NCBI GenBank assembly: GCA_965153455.1
Contig: OZ234493.1
Coordinates: forward strand, 4,340,001 to 4,404,000
Source of the DNA: Sphagnum compactum
Lineage: Eukaryota
DNA: 64,000 nt
Reading direction: 5' to 3'
Positions 1 through 24,229 of the stretch are shown here, piece after piece. The notes beneath the pieces were generated by a model that had not been told where the DNA came from, searched no databases, and saw nothing but the letters and a program-made list of their open reading frames with translations. The translations under genes and the position numbers were made by a program. Each line of letters begins with the position of its first letter. The stretch's first letter is position 1.

Positions 1-938
1 ACCTTAAACAAAGTTATTATAGTCAATCCAACACACATATACATAATGCCTTGGTCATGTTCTACATAAGGCTGGATATGGAAAGGAAAGAAGTTACCAC
101 AACCAACACCTTCTAACAATAGAAATGTTTGGTTATTCACACAAACAAGCAAATGATTTGATAGCCAACAAAACAGGTATGCAAGGGTCAAAGGTTTTTC
201 CACTTTCAATCTTGCTTACATTCCTTCCAAAAGGAGTTGTAATTACTCTTCAGAAATATGCAAGCATCTCTGATCTTAAGTCAGGTAAAATGAGCAGGGT
301 TGGTCACCTCTCAACTCCGCCACACCATCATGGATGCAGCCCCCCACTCCCACAGCTAATTGTTATTAGCTGTTGGTAGTGGACTTGGATCTCATTATCA
401 CACCCTAACCTTACATCATTCATCAAATGGGAGTTAGCTCCTCTCTTTTTTGTATTTCCAATGCTTCTCTCTTTATGACATTTTACAAAATTCAGCTGGC
501 TTACATCAAACATCACACAGTTGACCGCTCCCAATGTCAACAACTGGTATCAGACTGCAGTTTCTCTAGCACTTCTCATCTCCTCTTCAAGACTATTTGC
601 ATACAAATACAACAAAGAATGAGGTAAGTTGGCTGTGAAATGGTCCATGCACACCAGGGTGCCATGCAAAGAGATACCTCAAGAGTATACAGATGTTAAT
701 AGCTGCTTCAATACCAAGAGAGACCAACAATATACATGTTCCCTACTCCCTTTCAAATACATTAGCTTTCTAGCTCTCCCTGCATCTGTCTATATGCGGC
801 TGTGCTATATCCTATTCAATCAGAGCACTGCAGATTCCTACAATCAGTGAATATGCCTGCAATCAGATTCAGGGGTCCCACAAACCATTTCTGCCCTCTT
901 ACAAGTCAAATTGCCAAGGGAACATCTGCAGGCTCTTA

Positions 939-10316
<9,378 letters not shown>

Positions 10317-10892
10317 GCCCTTCAAGTATGATGACCATATGAGCACATTGTGAGATTACAAACACTTTGTAATGCTCAAGCATCATCTACCAAACCACAG
10401 GGTATACCAAATCACATCGGAGGCCAGCTCGATGGAGAATCTACATGGGCAGCAGCAGCAGCAGCAGCAACAAAAGCTTCAAACAAACAGTTGGAAAATG
10501 ATGAAAATGGGGGTTAGGAACGGCAAGTGCTAGTCATGAAAAGGCTTGGCCCGTCGTCCATCTCCACCGCCGACCCCTCTTCGCTTTACCCCAGCGTTGT
10601 GAGTGGAGGAGAGAGAGTACGAACGCAGGGCCAGAATCTTAATTCACGAACGACGAACAGAAATTTGGAGTTAACCCTATAATCGTGCCGGGTCACCCTT
10701 TCTTTCTTCACCGGGCGACCTGGTGTCAAGCTCCGACGGCTCCTCCTGAGTCCTCCCTTCGTTCCTTCCTCGAGTTTTTCCCTCCCCCGTCGTCGGGTCT
10801 CAACAAGCCTGTCGTGTGTCCAAAGGTTTAGGTCTTCCGTCGCTCCGCCCACGCTTGCCATTTTGAGGTCTCCGAGACACACTCTCTTGCCC

Positions 10893-10906
10893 TAGACTAG
10901 GGTTTT
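10893..10906 (-). promoter_or_regulatory. Telo-box (AAACCCTA) within a CCCTAGACTAGGG palindrome at the INO80 5' boundary
   Basis: The motif sits exactly at the switch from GC-rich 5' region to AT-rich intergenic DNA. Telo-boxes are known plant housekeeping/cell-cycle promoter elements. Confidence 0.4.
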
Positions 10907-10957
10907 AATTTTATATGAACAATTTTTCAATATTTTCTACATTTTTTTGCATCCCAT

Positions 10958-11160
10958 AATGAATTTGAATTCAATTAAATTAAAATTAAGATTTGAATTC
11001 ATTTTGATTAAATTTTAATTCAATTCAATTCAACTCAAGTTACATGTAATTGTCACTCAATGTTTTCATTCAAATAAAACTTAATTCTCGCAAAATCAAT
11101 TCATTTTTATAAATTGATAAATTAATCACCATTGGTATTGTGAAATAACATGAAGCCCAA
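10958..11160 (+). repeat. AT-rich dispersed repeat; inverted copy at about 32300-32486
   Basis: Shared blocks such as aattcaattcaattca...caatgttttcattcaaat...aaatcaat...catgaagccca align with the reverse complement of 32300-32486. Confidence 0.65.
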
Positions 11161-14100
11161 GATTTTAATTTGAGCACTTGATCGAGAAGAAAGAATTATC
11201 TAACAACTTCCATATTTTCGAAAGTTTTAAAAATGTAGTGAAGGAAATATGACCAACTTCTACTCCCTTGACCCTTGAATGGATAATTAATAATTTGTAA
11301 CAAATAAGTAACATACATGTATGATATTTTAAACCATCAACCATTTCATTTCATTCAAGATAAATTAATGCAAAAAAAACAAATGACTAACATATCATCT
11401 ACTTTATAAAAAAAATAGGTCATGTTTGCACTTGCCATGATCAAGAAATCCACTCTTGACAATTCATGTCAAAAATGAAAATAAATCGATTTGAAACAAC
11501 AAATTATTGTATCTATGTTTATTAATGCTAATTCATTTATTAACCTATTAATTAAGAATTGAACCTAATGGTACTAATTGAACTAATTACTAATACTAAA
11601 AATATTACTAACATACTAAATGAACATCTAGCAAACTATACCCAAAATCTTTTATACATATGCAATTTTTACTATTTTTTTTCCTAATATCAAAAACTAA
11701 TGCATACCTTATAAATATTATTAGAATTTTTTTCATATGCAACTAGTCATTTCGAAACTTGCATACAACTAATTGTTGTTTACAACTAAATTAGCTATGC
11801 TTGCAATTACAAATTTGGCACAGTATATAGTTATGTGTGCAACTAAGATGGAACTGATGGTGTACAAAATGAAAATATGTGATAAAATTAATTGATTAAT
11901 TTAGCACATACTTAAGTTAATATATACCTAACCTAGGTTAATATAACAAAGTACTAAAGATATAATGTTACTATATATATATATATATAATGGTATAGTG
12001 TTATATTATTATATATGCATAGACTTAGTTAAACTAATATCCTTAACATATGTATGCACTAACATATATACTAGTAATTTATTTAGGCTAATCATTATAA
12101 TATGTATCAATATAAGTTATTTATATTATAATTTATAATATTATTACTTATTATCTATTATTACCTACAATATTTAAAATACTTCATAGGTAGATTATGT
12201 AAGATAACATTTAGCTATTAAATAATAATTGTAATTAAGGTGTAATTAAGATGTTACTATAAAAAAATCTTGTATTGTTTGCCTATCTTTTCATTTGTAA
12301 AATATATAATTAGGTGCATTAGAGTTATTAATAACAAAGTGACATCTGGGATGAAGCAATAAAATAAGTTTAGCTTTAAAAGTTAAACCCAAAATAAAAT
12401 AGGATCATCATTGGGAGTGGGATATTTTTTATTATTATCATTATTACTGAATTTACTTTATTCTACTACTTTTTTATGTAGTTTGCAAAAAAAATTCAAT
12501 CAAGTTTTTTCTTTTTTTTTGAAGTTTTTAGTTTTTTTTTTTAACAACATAACCATCTTTGATTACCATGAAAGATTCTAAAAAAATAATGATAACGATA
12601 ATGATCCAACAAGAATAATAATTTACACTTGTTTTCCTTTTAAAAATGTCCGAATCATTATTCAAATTCAAACTAATGTTTTGACTAGTAAAAGAAAAAT
12701 TAAGCAATAAGTAAATCAAATTAATCTCAACAAATATGATTAACATTTACCCTTCTATATACTAGATTTCTTCTTCATAATCCACGTAAATAATGTCAAT
12801 TTAACAAAATTACTAATCAACTAATTCAATGTTTGTTAAATATGTTATATCAATAATTAATGGGTCCATTATATCAATAACCATCTTTAATTGAACTTTA
12901 GACAAATGTGATTTAATAATGACAAATTGAATTTATGGGCATGTCCTTGTAGGATAATATTCTAAAAGAAATTGAAGGCTTTCAAAATGTGCACTTTTAG
13001 AAAGCATCCTTCACTTTGTTTGTACCCCCTTATCTAGCAAGGTTAGATAGTCTTAGACAAGGATAAGAAATCTGACCTTGTCCTAATTCGACCAACTTAC
13101 TTCCCCGCTTATCTTAATTAGGCCACCCTCTTCAACTCGTATTAAGATAAGGACATATGTCTTAACCTAATCCCTTAGCCTTAAAATTAATCCTAAATTT
13201 TTTTTAGTTGTCATACCTTTTCTAATCAAAATTGAGTTAGGCTAATTTGAGTTCAGCATCATGGAGTTGTCATAATTTTTTTTTTGGGTTGGGAATTAAG
13301 AAATGTGCCTAAAATTTGCATTCCATTGCAAAATTCAAAATTAAAAAAATAAAAATCATCGATACCACTTGACATAGTTGAATGTGCCTTTGTGTGTGTG
13401 TCTATGTGATAGCAAATTGTGTATGAAACTAGTGCAAAAAAGAAAATTTGATTGAGTTGTTATAATAGAATAATAATGAGGAGTTGTAATATAGTTGAAA
13501 AAGGCGTAGAGGTTCATCACCTTGTAGTCAAAAGTCTTAATAAAGATGCGATAGAGATGTAATTTCCGCCTTTGGTTATCTTGAGGTACATGGTTTCTAA
13601 GTTAATGTGAAAAACAAGATCCCAAGAGGGATGCATCTTGAATTAATGCCTAGATAAAATTGCACCAGGAAGGCCGTGTTAATTTGACAATCCAGGGATT
13701 AGTATCAATCACTCCACCCACTCCATTTTGTTCATGCCAAGGAAGTCGAGAGGTACAAAATAGGTGCATAAGAGGGAAGGGTAGGTAATTTAAAGGGAAG
13801 AACATAGATGGGAAAGGGTAGGTTTGACGATTATAGAGAGACATACATCATTACTTTTATGGGCCTTTTGTTAGGCGAGGATATGGTGTTTAGATTCGTT
13901 ATAGAGTATAGTAGCTTAAGGGATTTTCATAGGCCCCGAGGTAATAATAATAGGTCTATTTTTATATGAGGATTTTTGAAGGATGGTATTTTGGCTTGTG
14001 TTGAAACTTGAGATTAGTTATAGAGTTATAATATATCTTGAAGAATTTTGGTTTGTTTAAGAGGATAGTTGTGAAGATTATGTTTTGGCATGGGTGAAAT

Positions 14101-14538
14101 ATTTGAGTTTCCATAATTCTTGTTTTGCCTTAAGCTCCTTTTTTAATGTAAATGGCAAGGCCAGAGTATAGATTTAATTTATTGTTTCGCCTGGTTCACA
14201 CGTGCAGAGCTTGGGAGTCCAGGTACCTTATAACCGGATCTGGAACCGCCCCCACCACCTGAAGAAGACCCACACCCCGATGTGGGACTTAAAGAGCTTC
14301 GCTTGTTGGCGTCGTGAGTGGTGACCGGTGTTAGGGATTTGAGGATCGTCCATGTGCGCACTTCACTTTACGGCCGCTGATGGGGAAATGAACATCTTGT
14401 GGAATTGGAGCCAACAATCACTTCTAAGCCATGAGCCAATCCAGTAGGTAAGCTGTTTTGCCTTGACGCCGCAGTATCTGCTTTGAAGGGATTTTCTCGC
14501 CTTCTTTCTGTATTTTCATTTCACGGGTCGACGGCGAG

Positions 14539-17500
14539 ATGTCGGGCCTGCAGGGAGCGGTTGTACGCTCTTCTGTCGCTGCTCTGTTGCTGCACAGACT
14601 CCTGCCTGTGAATAATAATGTTACAGGACCTTGTCTGGTGCAGGCTTGGAAGCACGGAAGGAGGACGAGAGGAGGAGGAGGACATACATGGCTGCAGCTG
14701 AGATCACCAGTAGCACCCTTCAGCAGCCACGTGGTGAGTGGGAGGGGCGTAGTGAGAGCTGTGCTGGCGTCGGAGGTCGGTCTCACCAAGCCGGCTGATC
14801 CCGTTCTCCCTGAGGTATGTTATCGGTCTTGGCAAATTGGAAGCAGGCTCCTGCTATGAGATTCATTAGCGTCTATGTCTGCAATTCTTTTTTCCTGCGC
14901 ATGCTTTCGCGTTTCACGCGCCGGGCATGCATTCTCATCTCGGAGTATCCGAATGAAAGATACATGCACCAAATACACTCTTGTAATTGCGTCACATTGG
15001 GAGGCGAGGTTTCTAGAATTTCGGTTCCATCCACATACAAATGAAGGCAGCTAATCCCAGCAGTCTTCAAAAAATCAGGGGGAAGACTTATAAGGCTAAG
15101 AGCGCTTGGAGATTGACGGTCGGACAGCTCAAATGGTCTCAAATCTGCTGGGCGCAGCTGTTTTGGCAGTGTAACGCCCCTTTATTGGATGCAATTTCAT
15201 TGCTTGTCACATACCAAATGGATGTGAGGAACTTGATATATGGTTTTCTGTGTAGAAACGCTGGAAGACAAACACTTCTATATAGCAAAAAATTACGCTA
15301 TCCAATTCCATTACTCTGTCTTCTCCCCCAGCAAACTAGTTGATTCTTATGGTTCCATGTTGAATAAATCCTGCACTGAGTGTACCTAATTTGTACAAAA
15401 ATAGATCAGAGTTGGAGAAGGTTGTTATTTGATTGTATCAGCTGGATGTGAACCATTTATCCGTCATATTATGGGGGAGTCTCCTTCTGGCTATGATAAC
15501 TATGCTTCATGTTCCTAATTTCTGAAGCAGTCAGTCATAGTGAGACAAGTTCCTCATCTAGTTGCAATGTTGCAGATTTTCTATTATGCATATGAAGACT
15601 AGGTCTATGAAGCTGTTAGGCAGAATGAAACCTTTGGAATGACATAGCCTGGGAACTATGAGAATGTTTTGAATCCAACATTTTTTGCATCTCTGTATTG
15701 CATTCACATTGTAACACAAGTACATGGGTGTTGAAGTCTATGCAGCTCAGAAAACATTTACTTAGTCCTGACTCCTACAATTGTGGGACCCTTGTGTCTT
15801 CTGATCAACAAGAGGTACTCAGAGAAGCTGCTATTTGGAAAATCTAAGAGCAGTTGTGCAGTCCAAAGCTTTTGGAGCCTCCTTGAGTGAGAGTGGGAAC
15901 CTGTGTCCTGTCAGCATAGTTTCTTTTGTTAGTATGGCTTAGTTTTTGCACATGTGCTTAAGCTTTAAACTGTATCTTCTCATGTGTCACCAGCGGTGTG
16001 GCAGCAAAAGCAATGAGCTTTTGTCCACTTGGGAGCCTTTCTCCTTTTCCCCTTTTCCTTGGATTTTCTGGTGTCCTCTGAGCAATCTCTCTGAGCAAGG
16101 GGTTGGGGTGTTTGATCCGAGTTGTTACTAGGCATCTGCATTTGAGGTCTTGCATCAAATGCATTAGTGTGAGGTTGGTGTGATTGATTGGCTCACATAT
16201 GCATGCCCAGATCGCTGTCCGACCAGCAGACCTGGAAGTTGACAAATGGCGGGGCGACATCCTGGTAGTAGGGGTATTTGAAGGCAGCTTGGGAAAATTG
16301 GAAGAGGGGGGTTTTCAGAACCCTGTGCTGAAGAACTTAGACGAACTTTTTGGAGGCATTCTTGGGGAAATTACAACAGAGGAAGACTTCACAGGAAAAT
16401 CTGGACAGTCAACTTTTGCTCGGCTTGCAGGATATGGTTTCAAGAGAGTTGGCCTTGTTGGTCTTGGGAAGCTAGAGGCAGCTGGCTCATCCCTTAAAGT
16501 TTGGAAGGATTTGGGAGAGAATATTGCAACACATTCTAAAACTGCACAGGCCCATTCTGTGGCAACGTTGATTGCTCAATCCAAAGAGCTCTCAGAGGAT
16601 GTGAAGCTGGCTGCAGCATCTGCCATTACAACAGGTATTGTATGAAAAGTTGGATTTGTGGTGTGGTGCAATGAACATATCAGATTTTGCTTATATAGTG
16701 GGTTTTGAAAATTTCCAGTGCAATCTTTGTGGTGAGAGTCATTGATTGCAGACATGAAGGCTGATGTCGATACTGAGACTGATTAGGAGTTAATACAATG
16801 ACAGGAGTGTTGCTGGGGTCATTTGAGGACATGCGATTCAAGTCAGAGTCCAAGAAGCCAACGTTGAAGAGTTTGGAATTGATTGGCATGGGTATGGGTT
16901 CAAATCTGGAAGACCAGCTTGCACATACAGTCCAAAAATGTGCTGGTGTCATCCTCGCTAGACAACTTGTTAATGCACCTCCCAATGTGCTCATTCCCAG
17001 TAAGTCTCTTCTTTCACCAAATGATGTTTGTTCTCACTGAATTTGTACAAGAGTTTGTTTTCAGGATGTGATGTCTTTGGCAGGTGTGCTTGCGGATGAG
17101 GCAGAAAATATTGCTGCAGCTCATGGGGATGTGATGTCAGCAAAAATTCTGGATGAAAAGGACTGTGAGGCACTTAAGATGGGGGCTTACCTTGGGGTGG
17201 CTGCTGCCTCTACCAATCCTCCTAAGTTCATCCACCTCTGCTACACACCAGCTACTGGCACAGTGACATCAAAACTTGCAATTGTTGGGAAGGGTTTAAC
17301 CTTTGATAGGTATCTAATCATCTGTCCATCAGTTTGGATTTAAAGCATCAGTTGATGGATCTCAATCATCCTTTAGAGGACTTTGGAGTTCTTATGATTA
17401 AAATTGGTGGGCTAGGCCATGATGTTTGGTTTGGATTGGGCAGTGGAGGTTACAACTTGAAGACTGGACCTGGTTCAATGATAGAGCTCATGAAGTTTGA

Positions 17501-19422
17501 TATGGGAGGTGCTGCTGCTGTGCTTGGAGCAGCAAAAGCAATTGCTGCCATCAAGCCACCAGGTGTAGAGGTAAAATCTTGGAGGAGTTTATCTTAAATC
17601 CCTTCTTACACGATTTGAACTACATGACAAACACTTAAATATGCACAGCCCATACAAAAAGTTTTTCCTTGTTCCTTTTGCATTCTTATTTATACATAAC
17701 TCTGCTTGTGATAGATAAGTTACAATCAAACATGTTACTGTTGATGGTACCTGAACAAGTCAGAGATTGTCAATATTGTTCATATTGCTAGTCTCATTGT
17801 TTAAGTTCAAGTTCTACCCTTCTGTGTTTTTCTTCTTGCTGGTTCTTCAGTCCTTACCTGGAAGTCTTCAATGAAACGTTTTGAACATTGTTCTGGCTTT
17901 CTTGATCATGAGCATCAAGATTCCTCAATTTTCATTAGACTTGTATCTTACTTATGAATAACTATGGTGCTCTTGAGCAGATGATGCTTCTATATTGGAG
18001 ATGTGATTTGGCCATATCTATGCACTTTTAAATTGACAGTTTTGGTGTCTGGATGTTGATAATGTGCATGACAGGTCAACTTCATTGTTGCAGCATGTGA
18101 GAACATGATAAGTGGAGGAGGCATGAGACCTGGTGACATACTCACAGCTTCCAATGGGAAAACAATTGAGGTTTCTATGGCATGCCATATCCTTATTGGT
18201 CTTTCATAGCAAATACATAGTTTCATGTCTGAATATTATTGAGTAAGCTGATTTTAATCTCAAACTTATTGGAACTTTACTGAGGAAGCACTATCTGGGT
18301 TTATGCAGGTTAATAACACAGATGCTGAGGGTAGGCTTACCCTAGCAGATGCTCTTGTCTATGCCAGTGAGCTTAAAGTTGACAAGGTATACAGTATACA
18401 CCCTCTGAGTTCCATTTTACTGACCTCTGATTCCGTACATGCCAGTGCTACCCAAGATACCATTGCTGTACTTATATCTGAGCATTTTGGAGGGCCTTTT
18501 TGAAGCTCTATTTATTGGGGTGGTGAAATCTTACAGCAGTTGCAGTTGTGTCAGTTGAACTTTGCAAACTCAGTAACGTCCGAACAGCCTGGATATCTTT
18601 TTTAGTCATGAAGTAATAGCGGATTCTACCTCTATTTTTTCCCTTGTCAATTTCCCTTGTCTTTTTCTTTTAGTTGAAGCCTACGACCCGTTGATGTTAA
18701 ACCATTTCAATTCGCAGATTGTTGATCTTGCAACTTTGACTGGAGCATGCATCATTGCCCTTGGAAATGAGATTGGAGGTCAGTCTCGTTCTTTTAACGA
18801 TCTTCATTGACCTCATGCTTTGTACTGTCTCTATCGTGTTAGACATGTCTTTATTAGGCTTGTTTGGCATGAATTTGCATATTGCCCTCACTGAAATAAG
18901 GATGGTTTGAAGCACAGGCATGTTTTCACCCAGTGATGAGCTGGCTGAAGAGCTGTCAGCAGCATCCAAGAGGGCTGGAGAGAAGTTGTGGCGGATGCCC
19001 ATGGAAGAGGGGTACTGGGACATGATGAAGTCAAATATTGCAGATATGGTTAACACAGGAGGTCGTCCAGGGGGTTCCATCACTGCTGCACTCTTCTTAA
19101 AGCAGGTGAAGATCCATTGCAACTTTCCTTGTATCTTCCTGTTACTATGCTGTCTTGTAAGCTTCTAGTTATTGTGAATCCAGACATTTGTGTCCTTGTG
19201 ACAAAGCTGTTGCATCCTGTCCATGCAGCGTCTCCCTGGACATTGCTTCAATGGAGTGCCACAGAAACTCAAATCATGATGTTTGTTGTGCAGTTTGTGG
19301 ATGAGAAGCTTCTGTGGGCACATTTGGACATTGCTGGGCCTGTCTGGAAAGACAAATTGGGAGCAACAGGATTTGCAGTGCCAACTTTGGTAGAATGGGT
19401 TGTTAAGCACTCATCATCATAG
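14539..19422 (+). CDS. LAP: Leucine aminopeptidase (M17), probable plastid transit peptide, 10 exons
   Basis: Exons 14539-14814, 16211-16634, 16805-16999, 17084-17309, 17444-17570, 18075-18170, 18309-18386, 18718-18778, 18918-19105, 19294-19422, all GT-AG. Motifs [34 protein letters not shown]. Ser/Arg/Val-rich N-terminus. Confidence 0.97.
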
Positions 19423-20719
19423 TTGTGGGCTATTTGAGTAGGGACCGTATCTTTGTATAACTAAAGCTTAGCATTGCAGAAATTTGATGCAGACTTCACA
19501 CATGTCAGGTAAGCAGGGGTCGGATCACATGGCCGAAGCTTGAAGCATGGAGGCACATCAAAAGCACCCCTTGTGTCAAGCATTGAGGTATGAGCTTGTA
19601 GATTTGGAGTTCTCCAACCTCATTTGGCAGAATTTTACTCCGTAAAATCATGAAACTTGAGGTAGTGGTCACATGCACATGGGCTCATTAGGAGGTAATG
19701 TGATATGCAACTCGTATTGATGCGTAGGAAGCTGAAAATTTCTTAACTAAAGGTCTGTCCCCGTTCTTTGAAACAGCAGCTGAGTCAACAATTGAGGTTG
19801 ATGTTTTATCACGAGTTCAGGGGAATTGTGCACATTGCTTCATTTGGGATGTCTGTTGGTGTAACTTTTGGACAATGACTCTGGTGTTCATCCATTTCTT
19901 TGAATGGCCATAGCAATTTTGAATGTCTAAGAGTTGCAGTGCACAATTACTTCAGTATGATATTTAAAGGAATATCTGATGTTGTGACTAATGTTGGCTG
20001 GTTCTTGATTTTTGAAGGACGGTGGGGTGTGGGTCTAGAATTTTTTGTAAAATGGAAGACCCTCTGATTCTGGGTCTAGGGAATATTTTCAGAAATTAAA
20101 ACTTGTCAATTGTTGTGGGGTTGGTGTCTAACTTTTTAGACTGCTGGTTGCCGGGTCAACAATTCTAGGCTTTATGAGACCCATCCATTCTGGCTTCAAG
20201 GTTGATTTCGGGTTTTAGATTTTTTAAGAGAACCATTGAAGCTGCTGTTAAAGAGCAACGATGCCAGTTCTGATACCGGAATTGGTCATGGAAGGGCAGC
20301 CCTTAAGACCTATCAAGTTTGGTTCCATGGCAAGTCTAGGTCCATGTAGACTTGGTAGGTCCAATTCTAAAGTTGGGTTCGGTTTTAAGGTTCGGTCCAA
20401 GCCCATGCAAACAAGCATCTAGTTCTTACATTTTGATCTAGACCCAAATAAATTTGGCCAAAAGACTTAAAATCAGCCAACATTGGTCATATGACCACCG
20501 TTGGGCAGTTCTTTGACACAATTACAAAGAACCATTATGTTATATATTTGGTTATATATAATATAGATTTAATTGGCAGGTATCAAAAAGATAAACTAGT
20601 GGTCCTAGGAACCTCTAAAGGCAAATAGCTGAAAGAACTTCGACCAATAAAGAATTGTCAATAGGGTAAACTTTGAGCTTTTTTAAAAGCTTTTGTTAAG
20701 TTTGTTGTCATGGATAATA

Positions 20720-21100
20720 ATTTATAAAGGAAAAAATTAGAAGTTTTTAAAAAGGTCTATGAAAAATGTGTTTGGAAGTTATTAAAAGTTTTTAGAAAAA
20801 TGTATGGAAAAAAGCTGTTTGGAAATTTTAAAAAGTTTTTACAAAGATCCATGAAAAATATGTTAGGAAGTTATTAAAGTTTTCACAAGAATCCACGAAG
20901 AATGTGTTTGGAAATTTTTTAAAAGTTTTTAGAAAGATCTATGAAGAATATGTTTTGAAAATTTTAAAAGTTTCTACAAAGATCCATGAAAAATATGTTT
21001 GAAAATTCTAAATTTTTCCAAAAAGATCCTTGAGGATTTTCTTGAAACTTGAAAGGTTTTTCTTAAATTCTAGATTTTTTTAGAAAAATCCATAAAGAAT
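20720..21100 (+). repeat. Degenerate tandem repeat of about 44 bp
   Basis: About 7-8 copies of aaagtttttacaaagatccatgaaaaatatgtttggaaatt-like units. Confidence 0.8.
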
Positions 21101-21999
21101 AATTCATGAAGTTTCTTAAAAGCTACTTTTTAGATGTTTCTCGACGACGCAAAACTAAGAAAAACTTATAGAAAAATAATTGATAGAAGTTTTTAGAAGG
21201 TGTAATTTTAAAAAAAAAACAAATGGCAAAAACCTCTAGAAGACATGGCCAATGGAAGTTTCTAAAATGTTATTTTGTAAGACTTATAGGAGGTTTAGTT
21301 GATAGAAATTTTCCTAAAAGGTTAATGATTTTTTAAAAATTCCATTGGATAGAATTAAAAAAGGTTTGAAAACCACAACCCATCAATTTTGACAACACAA
21401 GTTGTGGCCTTTGTAATTCTAATTGATCTCATGCACAACTTGCATCATGCATTATTCAAACAATAAAGTCATTTAATTTTTGTTCATTGATGAGTTCCTT
21501 ATTTGTCAAGTCTAATTGTCTCAAAATTGTATCTTTGTTTTGTCCTTGACATTTGCTGGATGCAAAATTTGATTTTGGTTCTTTCATTTCTTGTGAACTT
21601 GGGATCCATTTGGTAGTGGAGTTGAGTTTTTTGCGCGGTTTGGTTTTAAGATAGTAATTTTTAAGAACTTGAACATTGCCTATTGTGTGCTTTTGCATTG
21701 TTTAACATTGAAAGGGGGTGGTGCAAAGTGTGACAAACAATAATCTCTTGTCAACAAGTGCAAAATACCTTCCAATTTTTATTTTTTTGCTTTGTGATTT
21801 GCTTGCATAGTGTAAATCATAGAGGTTGTCACCTACAGAATTCACATTTTGCATTCTTCATTGTGAGAGGAGCATAATGCATTTTGTCAAGATGATTTTG
21901 ATGAGGTTCAATGCTCGATCTCGGAAATGTTTAACAATTTATCTACTAGGATTGTAAAGAGAAAAATAATGACATTGTGTCAATTGAGGTCCCAAATTT

Positions 22000-23180
22000 G
22001 TCATAAGATAATGGTGAAAATGAAATCGAAAGGTTTATAGCGTGCATGAACCACCATCTTCATCATCACATGGAAGTGGAACTAAAGAGATTCTTGGGCT
22101 TGTTATAGTAGAAGTTTTCAAGGCTCTACACACACAAGGTAAGTTTTGGAAACCATGTAGCCAAACTTCTATCCCATACATTTTTTCTATATAAATTTGA
22201 TGGTAGGTCTATAGATTTCATCAATCTTCAATTAATGTGTTGCATTGTTTGTTAGAAAAAAAATCAATCTTACACTCCTTGTTCAATGAACAAAGTGTTG
22301 GAAGGGTCTTATCAATTATTTCAAAACTAATGGCATCATAGCTGTGATAAAACATGTAAAGGATGAGCATGTATGTTTGCTTAGAAATTTATTGAAGAAA
22401 CGAACAACATAGATACATGCCCATTTGATGTTTGATGACTTGTTAAGAAAAGGACTGCAATTGGATGAAGTTCCATATTCAAATTTTTTTTGGTTTTGTT
22501 TCCCCATTTCAAACAAGGGATAATGTTTAGTTACAACATTTGGCATTGCAATTGTGTTCATGAGTGGTTTTTCTTTCTATGAAGACCTTCAGAGAAGAAG
22601 TCTTACTTAAATGGTGGAGAAGACCAACAAAATGTATGTATTACTTGCCTTGGAAGATTGATTGTCAACAATGACAACTTTTGATTTTGGGATGTTAGTG
22701 GATGCCAATGACATCTTTGCATTTGTTAAATTTCATTTATGTAGATGATTAACAACCCAAAAACATAATTATAATAAGGTTGTTTGAAGCAACCAAGATA
22801 AGTGGTGAAGCTTCAAGCTTTGCTTGACAAATATGAATTGAAGAAAAAATGTTTGTTTATGTAAAAAATAAAGGTGCAAATTTGGGAACAATGGTTGCAA
22901 CTTTGAATGTTATTGTGAGTTGTGAAAGCTTGGGATTGGAGGAACCTTTCCAAGGCACATGTTTTGGTCATGCCATGTTAAAAACATGCCAATATGATAC
23001 AACAAACAACAAAGTTTCTATGGGCTTCCATGACATCTTTATCTAAATTGTTTACACAAACTTTTAGAAGTGTATAACATGGCTTGAAAATTTGGAAAAA
23101 GGTTGGTTGGAATGGACAAAGGTGTGTATTGATGTGGGTATGCAACCATGAAAACTAAGCAATCTAATGAAGACGAGGTG
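22000..23180 (+). mobile_element. Degenerate hAT-like DNA transposase relic
   Basis: Fragment YVKNKGANLGTM...FQGTCFGHAM resembles the hAT D-N-A-x-N-M and C-x-x-H motifs. Surrounding frames are broken by stops and frameshifts. Confidence 0.6.
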
Positions 23181-24089
23181 AAATTTGACCAAAATTGTAA
23201 TTGAATTATGTTCATGATTATTGTATTTCCTTGTGTTTTATGAATTACATTTATGAATTTTAGTGTTTTATTCGTTGCAAGTTCTAATGTTTTTTTTTTT
23301 TGTTTTTGTACAAATGAATAATTTCTATAGTAATCATAAATCAAGTTTTACTTGATGGTCCCTTGTCCCTTTTCTTTAGGCATAAGATGGAGGTTTTAGG
23401 TTAGTTTGGTGTTGTGACATTGGAATATTCCTTTATGAATATGAAGAGGTAGCAATTTTGGTGTTGTTATATAATGTGATCAATAATAGTTAATTGAAGG
23501 GCAATTTTTTTAATTTTTCCTTTAAAATTTGTTTGTAATGAGCCTTTTTTATTGGCCCATCACAAAGAGTTTTGAAAGTTTGAAGACTCCCCAATATAGA
23601 AGTATTCACTCCACAGATATAAACATAAAAGTCTCAATATTCTCTCACCTTATATAGGTTTCAAGAATTCAACATATGAAACAAGATGAGGTGTTATTGA
23701 AAACATGTTGGGTATTTGTGATTGTGAAACTTGACGGGAACTTTTATCCTTTATGTTTTGCTCACAATTTTCCTCTTTTCACTTATATTAATGGGCCTTT
23801 GTGATGCTGGCCCAATTGGGATCATCTTCAAGGCTCTAAAGGATATAACTTTTGAAAAAACTTATTCAAGTTTTTAAAAGACATGATTTTTCAAAAAACA
23901 AATTTAATCATGAAAATTGACCTCCAATTTTGAACTCAAACATCATTGGCACCGAGTGTGAGGGGTTAGGAGGTGAAAAGAGAAAAAGGAGAATATGATG
24001 AAAAGACATTGATTGGTTGAAAATATAAAAATTTTAAATTTTAATTATTTTCAATGACAAAACTCACTCTAAATTCAATCAAATTTGTT

Positions 24090-24229
24090 CCATTGTACAC
24101 CATCTCATTGAGGGCTTTCCAACAATACCAAATTGTAGTGAAAAGGCTCATAGTTTGGGAGGGTCTTAAAGTGTGATCACGAAAAATAAACACAAAAAAC
24201 CAAAAAAACCACCTTTATAAGTATATAGA
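24090..24229 (-). mobile_element. Helitron-like 5' end fragment (same family as 54044-54417)
   Basis: The minus strand begins A|TCTATATACTTATAAAGG. The cattgagggctttccaacaatacc block resembles 54150-54180 and 54315-54345. Confidence 0.45.

Noticed and set aside
10586..10882. 98-aa ORF at the INO80 5' end
   Set aside because: It has no recognisable similarity and is more likely GC-rich 5' UTR. It could be a uORF or first exon, but I cannot support that.
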